Positions 53,187-62,417 of a stretch of DNA of 64,000 nucleotides are shown in pieces; the first letter of the stretch is position 1; the number at the start of each line of letters is the position of its first letter. This DNA is from Amphiscolops sp. MND2022 (lineage: Eukaryota). The stretch lies in NCBI GenBank assembly GCA_964187785.1, contig OZ076409.1, positions 66,714,001 through 66,778,000 on the forward strand. Reading direction: 5' to 3'. The notes under the pieces were generated by a model. The model worked only from the letters and a program-made list of their open reading frames with translations, was not told the origin of the DNA and did no database searches. Both the position numbers and the translations under genes were made by a program.

Positions 53187-53668
53187 GATTTCAATAGCTC
53201 TTGAGATCGGCAATGCGGCTTGTGTTCTAGGAACTGTGAGCGACAGAGATGCGTTCGGAGAAATTTATTATATATAGCTTTTTTTAAAAAAAAACCGCTA
53301 TCATGCAACTATAAAAAAAAATTCTACCGGTCGACTGTGATTGTGGCTGGTATGGGGTTCCCTACTTTCGTTGCAGACCACGGGTGTGTGTCTTCTCCCC
53401 CCAAAATGATGATACACATGGCACTTGATTGATGACGAAGATCCATGATATCTGATAGAGGGAAAAAAAGCCAAATGACTCGAGGAGAAAGTTAAGCCAA
53501 ATTTGTCAATAAGCCAAGTAACTTGTAACTTTAAATACCATGTATTTTTCACATCGCTCGTTACCATCGATAGTGACAGGTACTATGAATTGAATGGGGT
53601 GTCCACCTTTCGAATAAATCCGATGCCTGACTGCCACTTTTCTATAATGTGTTGTTTTCAAGATTCAA

Positions 53669-53923
53669 ATGGCAAACGTAGCTCCCACGACATCTACTGA
53701 TGCCCCTAAAGAAGAGCCACCAGTCGAGTACCAAGTCGAGAGAATACTTGACAAGAAAATGGTGAATGATAAAGTGCACTATCTAATCAAATGGGTCGGT
53801 TATGATTTGCTTGATGCGACATGGGAGCCGATAGACAACTTGAATTGTCCACGAAAGATTGATGATTTTGAACTAGTAATGACGAGGGTTCAAATGCGGA
53901 TTGAAAACGCAAAAATTAAGGAA
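53669..53923 (+). CDS. HP1-like (CBX1/3/5 family): HP1/chromobox-family gene, coding exon 1 (chromodomain)
   Basis: [49 protein letters not shown]. Phase-0 donor GAA|gttagt. Probable 5'-UTR intron 53580-53662 (ag|gtacta ... ttttcaag). Confidence 0.88.
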
Positions 53924-54556
53924 GTTAGTATGCTAGTTTTCAATATGTCAAAAGTCCATTCGAAAGTAAAGGATCCAAAGATTGCTTTTCTTAACTAGAA
54001 TTAGATATTTTATCATCTTTCGTATTTTTGATATATTTTTGAACTGGAGTCGTTTTTAAATGTTCAAGTTTCCAGTCGATGTTTAAATGATTAAATTTAC
54101 ATTGAACTTGCTTCAAAAATTTCTCAGGTATTTGGTTTTGAGATTTACACATATTTGTAAATAATGGAAATAATCTTGTGCTGACCATTGTCGTTTTCAA
54201 GGCTCGTGCGAATTGAGATGCCTCATTGTAATACGTTTTAGATTTGATTTATTCTCGGCATTGGGGACATCTGGCTTTTTTTCGAAGGCCTATTTCTCCA
54301 TACCTATTTAAGGTGACGGTTTGGTTCTTGAGTAGAAATTTTCAAGACTTTCGGCTTCACAAACCAGATTTTTTTTCGTTTTCCTTAAAAATTTCGATTT
54401 TTCTTAACGGTATCGACTTCATGTTACTGGTTTTCTGTCTTATACTGTATTATTGTTTCTCTCTAGTTAGAAGTTGATTGAGAGTACTTGTTGCCTTTTA
54501 ACCCGTGAAACATTTCTGTGAAATTTTTAGGCCAAAACAACGTTGAAGGTTAATTA

Positions 54557-55601
54557 AACAAGCCGGGAACGGCCCAAGTCTGCCCCCCTCAGGGTTTTAA
54601 AAAAGTTTATTAAAAATGCAAAAATGAAATATTTACAGCGCCAAAAATACCCGAAACATCAAAAAACCCTATTTTTATTATTTCTGTGACAGCAGGAATA
54701 TTATTGAAATCTCAACATGTCTACTTTTTTCAGTAAGATTCTTCGCACGATACTGAATAATTCAGATTTGTTCGGCAGCGACTATAAGCCTGAGAATTAA
54801 ATTTCTCAAGCTGCCGGCGGCATTTCAATTCTCGTGCGATGGAACGAGCGAGTGGTAATTATGCATTCGTATGCTGACGTCATTGAGATGAAGCGAATGA
54901 GTGTTATTTGTTCGTTGAAAGCTTTGCCTGCATTCAAATGCGAATGCGAAACATCGTCTATGCTTAGTAGTTATACATATTTTCTTTAGTCCGAGAAGAA
55001 TTAAAGGCGGTGTAAACTTGTACAGTGATTAATTGTGCGCTAAATAATGATTAAACAGTAGTGTATTGGTATTCCAGATATGATTCTATTATTAATGAAA
55101 GATTAAAGCAGAAATAATAATGAGCCGGGAGGGGCCTATTTTTGTAAAATGTTTTTCCGGAAAAGTATCATAGTGCTGAAAAACTCGACGAGATTTCAGA
55201 TTTTAAAAAAAACATCGGTAAATTGCAATGTGTCGTAAAAAACAAGGTGTCCTTATATGCTCGCAAGCGTTTTGTTTCTGTTAAAAATCAAGAGGGCGCA
55301 TTTTGGTTTAAAATCTTCGGAAAAAAGTTGCACAGTGCCGAAAAACCCAAAGCGGGGACCCTTTGGGAGCTCCCCTCTACTTTGGCACGCATGAAAATTT
55401 GTGGGTTAGTGCGAGACTCGAACCCACGCTCTCCTGCTTCTCAGGCCTCGGAAAATCCGGTTTAACCTCTTGGCCATGTGGCAGTTAGTAGTTACTTTAA
55501 CCTATAAATGTAAATTTATTGCTTAAAAATCTGTCAGTTCGCTGGTCTTTAATAAGCGACTGCTATAGTCGGGTCTTTTCTTCGAAAAGAGCTGACTAAA
55601 A
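54557..55601 (-). mobile_element. Helentron/HINE-like element in the HP1 intron, containing a tRNA-like segment
   Basis: AACAAGCCGGGAACGGCCCAAGTC at left and hairpin ATAGTCGGGTCTTTTCTTCGAAAAGAGCTGACTAAAA at right. A/B-box-like TGGCCAAGAGG and GGTTCGAGTC on the minus strand at 55405-55482. Confidence 0.75.
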
Positions 55602-55662
55602 CATCTTTTTTTGGAGTAGCTTTTTTTCGAATAGGATTCAATGTGTAACATATCTAGGGCCC

Positions 55663-57226
55663 TGCAAAGATCAATACTTGCCGAAAAGTTTTGGCCTCTT
55701 TCGGGAAATTATCGACTATTTCTAAAACATTGAAAAATGAATTACCAATTAAATTCATTTTTCTCTTCGTTTTCTTAGTTTTTCAGCACGTACCAAATGT
55801 TCTACTCTATTTGTGGTGAAATTTCAAAATTGGTTTCGACGACAATGGCTTCGAGACCTAAGCATTGAGTTTTTTGGAAGAATTGATGTTTTTCGACGAA
55901 TTTCTCCTCAAATGTAGCTTTTGATTGCTTATAAAGGCTTTTCAGTATGTGAGGGGTCAGAATATGCAACTTTCAAAAAAATTTTCATTCCAGCAAATGT
56001 CCTTATTTTGTTGTTATTGATATTATCAGATAGAAAGAAGAATTCTTTGCTTCAAACTATTTTTGACCTGCTTTTAATTTTCGGCGATCTATTCAGAGGT
56101 TCCTCATAAACAGCAAAAGTATATTTGAAAGACTGGTTTTTCGTTTCAGTGGGTCATCGTGTTATGCTAGTGCTTTCTTTGACTTATGTTGAAAAGTTTT
56201 TTTCTTTCTGAGTTCAGTAAAGCTGGTAAAGGTTAATTTTCGGAAAGCTACATTCAAACTTATGTATAGTATAGTATAGTATAGTATATTAGTATAGTAT
56301 AGTATAGTATAGTATAGTATAGTATAGTATAGTATAGTATAGTATAGTATAGTATAGTATAGTATAGTATAGTATAGTATAGTATAGTATAGTATAGTAT
56401 AGTATAGTATAGTATAGTATAGTATAGTATAGTATAGTATAGTATAGTATAGTATAGTATAGTATAGTATAGTATAGTATAGTATAGTATAGTATAGTAT
56501 AGTATAGTATAGTATAGTATAGTATAGTATAGTATAGTATAGTATAGTATAGTATAGTATAGTATAGTATAGTATAGTATAGTATAGTATAGTATAGTAT
56601 AGTATAGTATAGTATAGTATAGTATAGTGCAAAGATCAATACTTGCCGAAAAGTTTTGGCCTCTTTCGGGAAATTATCGACTATTTCTAAAACATTGAAA
56701 AATGAATTACCTTTTAAATTCATTTTTCTCTTCGTTTTCTTAGTTTTTCAGCACGTACCAAATGTTCTACTCTATTTGTGGTGAAATTTCAAAATTGGTT
56801 TCGACGACAATGGCTTCGAGACCTAAGCATTGAGTTTTTTGGAAGAATTGATGTTTTTCGACGAATTTCTCCTCAAATGTAGCTTTTGATTGCTTATAAA
56901 GGCTTTTCAGTATGTGAGGGGTCAGAATATGCAACTTTCAAAAAAATTTTCATTCCAGCAAATGTCCTTATTTTGTTGTTATTGATATTATCAGATAGAA
57001 AGAAGAATTCTTTGCTTCAAACTATTTTTGACCTGCTTTTAATTTTCGGCGATCTATTCAGAGGTTCCTCATAAACAGCAAAAGTATATTTGAAAGACTG
57101 GTTTTTCGTTTCAGTGGGTCATCGTGTTATGCTAGTGCTTTCTTTGACTTATGTTGAAAAGTTTTTTTCTTTCTGAGTTCAGTAAAGCTGGTAAAGGTTA
57201 ATTTTCGGAAAGCTACATTCAAACTT
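55663..57226 (+). repeat. 599-bp direct duplication (55663-56261 and 56628-57226) flanking a microsatellite
   Basis: Constant 965 offset. Only a 2-nt difference noticed (ccaatt vs cctttt). Confidence 0.97.
56262..56627. repeat. (TAGTA)n pentanucleotide microsatellite, ~72 units
   Basis: Directly visible. One interruption near 56287. Confidence 0.99.
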
Positions 57227-57492
57227 TGCTGACATTTCTGACTGGCTAAAATGCGAAAAGTTCCCGTTTTCTTCAATGATTTGCGGGAAATTGGGATCCT
57301 TTTATGCATGCTGAAAAAATACTCGATATTTGTCGTTTTCTTCTGGAAATGAGAGATTTTAGTTCTATAGCGGTTCCTGTCTGAAACTACTGGAGTTAGC
57401 TGGTAAGTGAATAGTATTCGCAAGTTGGCCTAGAGTAATTGTGCGAAGTTCCGGAGCAAAAGGTCACGGGGTCAAATCCTGAACTGGTCTCG

Positions 57493-58024
57493 TTTTTTTA
57501 GTCGACCCTTTTCGTTGCCAAAGAGTCGACTATAGTCATGGCTTTTCGTCAGTTTCTCAATACATTTGAAGTACCCAAAATAGTTTTACAAAAGTTCAAT
57601 TTTGTCAAAGTCTCCGGCCATCTACATACTACATTTGAACTTTAAAGAGAGGCCCCTCGACAACGCAACTTATACCGGATTTAATGAATACCGGATATAA
57701 CGTTTCTTGGACTAAATATCTTCGTTTGCTAACCATTGACAAGTCATGGGGCCCTTTGGATTTTTTTGGCACTGCGACTTTCCGAAAAAAAATATTTCAC
57801 CGAGGTTTCGTGACGTTGTTTTCGAGAATTTTCTAAACATTCATTTAAACAATTCTGATATTTGATGTTTTCATTGAGGGAAAAGCTTTTTACCAGGCCG
57901 CATGTCACCCCTTCAGATATTTTTCCACTCTGAAAGTTTTCCAGGAACCACCCTGAGCATTTCTACGAGACTTTGCGCTCTTTGAACCTTATGCAAAGCG
58001 CCGACGCATGCCGTTTCCGATGTT
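57493..58024 (+). mobile_element. Helentron/HINE-like element, diverged, preceded by a tRNA-like segment (57420-57490)
   Basis: TTTTAGTCGACCCTTTT..AAAGAGTCGACTATAGTC hairpin. 3' GCGCCGACGCATGCCGTTTCCGATGTT. Confidence 0.7.
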
Positions 58025-58619
58025 ACTTTCTTGCAATTTCATCCTAATACTTTTCATAGTTGATAAATTGATGAGCACCTGATTATGAAAAGGCGAATTA
58101 TTCATAAGAAGACATCTACCAATTTACGTTTTCCGTACCGGCTTCAATTTTTTCATTCCTGTGAAGTTTTTCTTATTCGAGTTTTCCTTTATTATCTGCT
58201 CTCAGTGAAACTTCGACAATGGTTCACCACGTTTCTAGCAAATTTCAAAATATGAACCCGTTTTAAAAACTTGACCTTGAATTAACTGCAAAATCTTTTC
58301 AAATGAGGACCGCAATTGAGTATGCACCTTGCAGAAATTTTAGAAATGTCTCGATTATGAGCCCCAATTTTGAGCGGTGAATAGAAAATTGTATTTAGAA
58401 TTTCACAGGTAAGACCTGACTGAATTGAAGCACCGTGCTGATTTTCCCTTGTGGATTGGAATCTTAATAAGCTTTCACGGTCTGAAATAAACCGGAGTAA
58501 TCTCGAGTCTACAATTTTCCATCCGACGGAACTGATTTGCAAAATCTAGCACGGTATTTCAAGGTTATTCGATTGAATTTCAATCAATTCAATGTATTTC
58601 AATTAAATTTCTGTTCCAG

Positions 58620-58826
58620 GAAAAGCCGCAAGGAAAACCTACGGAAGTATCCCCTAGACTGGCCCAGAAAATTGTGGATTGTGGCAAAACTGATAATGGA
58701 GATTCGTTCTTTGTTATAAAATGGGTTGGAAGTGAAAATCTGGATCTAATTCACCGCGAAGAGGCAATTAAGAAGTACCCGAAGCACGTAATTCATTTTT
58801 ACAGATCCATGATTATTTGGGAGTGA
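58620..58826 (+). CDS. HP1-like (CBX1/3/5 family): HP1/chromobox-family gene, last coding exon (hinge + chromoshadow domain)
   Basis: Phase-0 acceptor ttctgttccag|GAA. Manual translation EKPQGKPTEVSPRLAQKIVDCGKTDNGDSFFVIKWVGSENLDLIHREEAIKKYPKHVIHFYRSMIIWE* fits the chromoshadow pattern (KI...F.IKW....DL....A..K.P..VI.FY....W). Confidence 0.88.
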   Translation, partial: EKPQGKPTEVSPRLAQKIVDCGKTDNGDSFFVIKWVGSENLDLIHREEAIKKYPKHVIHFYRSMIIWE

Positions 58827-59294
58827 CTTGCGTTTTTCCACCAGTTTTGTTCTTATCAGACTGTGCTAACTTTGTTTCAACCAAGCCTCTTGTATGATAA
58901 TCTGATTGACTTTGGTTTATAATTGAATTTGAATTTTAGTTTTTGATCTTGCCGGCTTTTACATATTTTTATTTTGTTGAATTTGTACTCAGTGCTTAAT
59001 GAAAAGATTTCAAGATATTTTTGGCTGTTGATTTGCAAGATTTCTGTTGGTTACTCGATATACAATGTTCAATTTTAGGTCTTCATTCATCAAATCTTTC
59101 GATATTTTTGAACCAATTCAATGTCTCTGGTTGTTTCTATGGATCTTCCTCATAATTGACTAATCACGTGAATTCATACATTTTCATAGATTGAGATCAG
59201 AATTACTGTTTACTCTAAATAACTCGATTAATTTACAGTCTAAAATTCGACGTGAATAAAAAATCAACTTTTCATTGTTCCATGTCAACTCAGA

Positions 59295-59548
59295 TCAGCG
59301 AGATCCGAAATCTGATTTAGAGTCTAATGTATTGAGAGATTGTTTGGAAACTTCCAGCTTGAGGCCTCTTGGGAGTTGGGGGAATTTCGCAACCTCACTG
59401 TCGTTCAGAGGTCGTCTTCGTTTGTGTTCGATTAATTGACCTCTCATTGCTCCAAATACACTGGAGCTGGAGGTCACTGTGTCCTCGGATGATTTGGACG
59501 AGGTGGAAGAGGTCAAAGATATTTTGTCCATCAGGTCACATTTGCTGT
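59295..59548 (-). CDS. Last coding exon of an unidentified minus-strand gene (Ser-rich tail)
   Basis: Acceptor ttatttag|AC in phase 1 matches the donor of exon 60750-60955. Reads DSKCDLMDKISLTSSTSSKSSEDT...DFGSR*. Confidence 0.6.
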
Positions 59549-59621
59549 CTAAATAACACCAGCATATTGATGATAGTTCCTAACAAATGTTACATGCATA
59601 GTAACACTGCATTTTGGGAAC

Positions 59622-60439
59622 TTTTTAGTCGGCACAATCTATAACAAAATCAGCCCGACTATTACAGTGACTTATTTCAAATCGGCGCTTCAACAAACCG
59701 TTGTTCATGGTCTTTCTTACAGATGTTATGCCTAAGTTTTAAGTAGGTTCTAAGTTATGCCTAGGTAGCCAAAGAGGCTAAATGGTACCCCCTTAAGTTT
59801 TTCATAGTATTTATTGTATCCTCAAAACTATATGAGACCAAAGGAGTGTTTTCCGAGGTTGTGCGACAATTCGTCCCAAATTCCAAAAAGCGACAATTCG
59901 TCCCAAGCGTCAAATCGTCCCATTTTGAAAAGGCAACAATTCGTCCCATTTGTAAAAAGCGACAATTCGTCCCAAATTGTTTAATTGATCAGCTAATTAC
60001 CAACCTTTTGAAGGTTGAAATGAAAGAAATAATCAAATCAACTGCAAATGAATTCATTTAAGCACGTGACAACAATTAGAAAATGTTGATTTTAACGTAC
60101 TAGTCGTAGAATGTTAAAATTAATTATTGGTACCTGCCTCTAATTGCAATCATTCCGGATTCATTATTACAAAGATCTTTATTGGCAATTAAATAGGGGA
60201 CAAATTGCAGCTGTTGAAAATTGGGACGAATTGTCGCCTTTTCAAAATGGGACGAATTGTCACTTTTTGGAATTTGGGACGAATTGTCGCTTTACGGTTT
60301 TCCGAGTGCCAAAGGTTCCCTTTGGGCATTTTTCGTACGCTCGTTTTTGTGAGATTTTCCTTAAACACCCTGAGCATATTTCTAAAAGCCTTTTTTGAAT
60401 CTTAAGCGGGCTCCGACTTGAGACTGCTTGGTCTTGTTT
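59622..60439 (+). mobile_element. Helentron/HINE-like element with nested MITE, intronic
   Basis: TTTTTAGTCGGCAC...GCCCGACTATTACAGTGAC start. End GCTCCGACTTGAGACTGCTTGGTCTTGTT. Confidence 0.7.
59857..60296. mobile_element. Mutator-like MITE with GCGACAATTCGTCCC arrays, 9-bp TSD
   Basis: Perfect TSD GTTTTCCGA (59848-59856 and 60297-60305). Long inverted arrays of GACAATTCGTCCC and GGGACGAATTGTC. Confidence 0.92.
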
Positions 60440-60749
60440 GTAATTGAATCACTGACGCTGGCTATACGGCAGTATAAATTGAGACAGAAAGCTTGAAGTC
60501 ATTGGTAATTCATTTTTTGAACACGATATACCGAAGAGAAGGTAATAGGGGGGTCACAGAAACCTTTGAAAAGATGGAAGAATGTGAAAACAAGACATCT
60601 TGTTGTTTGGCAAGACGTCTGTAAAGATCTAAAGAAATTTTCTATTAAAGTTCCTTCTGGAGTTTTTTTGTTTTCTCTATGTGCTTAAACCATGTGGTTC
60701 ACCTTCGAAAACAGTCCATTGTTTCGTGCAAGATAGAACAAAGTCATAC

Positions 60750-60955
60750 CAGTTTTTGTGAGCTGCAGTTGTTCAAATAGAGAAGTGATGTCTGCGTACT
60801 CTACATTCTCGTGCACATTGCTGTCTTTGTCCCCTGGGGTAGTGAAGACCATGATGGGTGTCTTCTCTTTGCTGGGTTGCTGCTGCTTCCTTCTCACACT
60901 TGAAGCCGACCTCCGAAGGTGCAGGCTGCTGCTATTATCTCTACGGAAACTGTTT
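60750..60955 (-). CDS. Internal exon of the unidentified minus-strand gene
   Basis: gttttag|A acceptor (phase 2, matches the upstream donor) and G|gtatga donor. Reads NSFRRDNSSSLHLRRSASSVRRKQQQPSKEKTP...EYADITSLFEQLQLTKT. Confidence 0.68.
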
Positions 60956-61138
60956 CTAAAACGTGCGAGTCATTTTAAAATAAATTCATTTTTGAACACA
61001 ACTTGGTCATAGATTTATACGTCGGGAAACTGCTGATTTTGAACCGGCAAAAATGAGGAGTCATGCGTCCAGGTAACATATGTACAATTCCCTTTTACTG
61101 GAGTTTTAAGAGCCCGTTTTAGAAGCCAAATTGCTCAC

Positions 61139-61457
61139 CTATTTTTGTGACAGTCACCAGTTATTTTGATGGTGACACTAGGACTATTATGTTGGGTGCC
61201 ATGAGGTGTGATTGTTAGACTGTTATTAGCGTCCGTGCTCATACCACTGCATGAGTCATTCCCTGTCGCCCCATTGTTGTTTCCATCTAGGTCTATCTGG
61301 AGCCCCCCAATGATGTTGGTCTCCTGGCTTTCTTCCAGACATTCCATCAGTTTGGACTTTCTCGCCAGACTTCGTTCTCTTTTGGCTGTGCGGGAGTTGC
61401 CGATTTCACCCACAAGTTCTTCCTGTACTCCCGCATGCATTAGTCCTATCGCGTTCC
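61139..61457 (-). CDS. Internal exon of the unidentified minus-strand gene
   Basis: tttcttatcag acceptor (position approximate) and strong AG|gtgagc donor. Open frame NAIGLMHAGVQEELVGEIGNSRTAKRERSLARKSKLMECLEE... Confidence 0.65.
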
Positions 61458-62417
61458 TGATAAGAAACTTCAAGCTGGAAACTGTATATCTTTTCACCAG
61501 TTCGTATCATCGTTATAATTATTATAATCGACAATTATAATTGATACTGCAAGGAGACTGCAGCTTGCAGCGTATCGACACCATCCACATCTATTTGTAT
61601 TTTCGGTCCATAAAAAAATATTAATAATCGACTGTTTTATAGATTTTCGCCTTAGCTCAATATTATTGGAACACTTGAAACCATTTTTTTGTTACGAAGA
61701 GACTGACTCATTGTCAGTTATTTTCGTATCCAACACTCGTAGTGATAAAGCAACCGAGTATTTGACCACTTTATCGGTCGCTGTGAGTTATGACTACAGT
61801 CAATTGGGCGAGTGCAAAAATTCATGTAAAATCTACTAATATTCTTCACTCAACAAAAGTAATAGTTAACGATTGAATATTTACAGCAAAATTTGGTTCA
61901 CACTTTTGCGATATTCAACAGTTCATTCAAAATCTACATATGGACTTTCAGTGACGTAGATTTCATCCGTAAAAAAATCATTTTTGAAAATAATTTGGAA
62001 GTTTTTTGCATCTACGGAAATATTACTGAATTTCGAAGAGGACCTTTTGTGTGAAAAATGTTCAGTTTTAGCGTTTAGTGTTTTTTCTATTGCGATTTTG
62101 ATATTTGAAGTGTAAATGAATGGGATATTACAGCACATTTTTAACACATCAGCTTTCAACTTTTTAACTATACTTTTTTTTCAAATGACCACGGGAACGA
62201 AAGTTTGTTCTGGAAACTATTGGAACAGATTATGTGCGCATGATTTTCGCTTTGCATGCCAAGTTGACTGTAATGCCTAATGTATTCTGAAGTTCTTAAC
62301 AAATATTGGAAGGTCATTTGATGCTTTCAGAATTTTAGTTCCGCCCAATGTCATGAATTTAATGGATTCCATAACCTCTCTTGATATTAAAACGTCTCGC
62401 GATTGGTCTAACCTAAA

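Larger units (their letters stand above)
41368..53469 (+). mobile_element. CRE-like non-LTR retrotransposon, copy 2, bounded by inverted repeats and split by three direct insertions
   Basis: PHD-like N-terminus (CNALKC..LICRLCNGRVLIKC ~41990-42150). RT core deleted at ~42645. LPAEMGGLGV (42770). [34 protein letters not shown] (44220-44635). C-terminal ISIAL..GNAACVLGTV (53188-53277). Inverted repeats 41368-41580 and 53322-53469. Confidence 0.88.

Noticed and set aside
53669..53998. Chromodomain as part of a chromovirus or of the adjacent retroelements
   Set aside because: It lies outside the Copia LTR and CRE repeat, has its own ATG, and splices in frame to a chromoshadow exon.
55405..55482. 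Functional tRNA gene
   Set aside because: A/B boxes are present but no convincing acceptor or anticodon stems were seen, and it is embedded in a repeat.
56162..56723. ORFs encoding (YTILY)n
   Set aside because: Translation artefact of the (TAGTA)n microsatellite.
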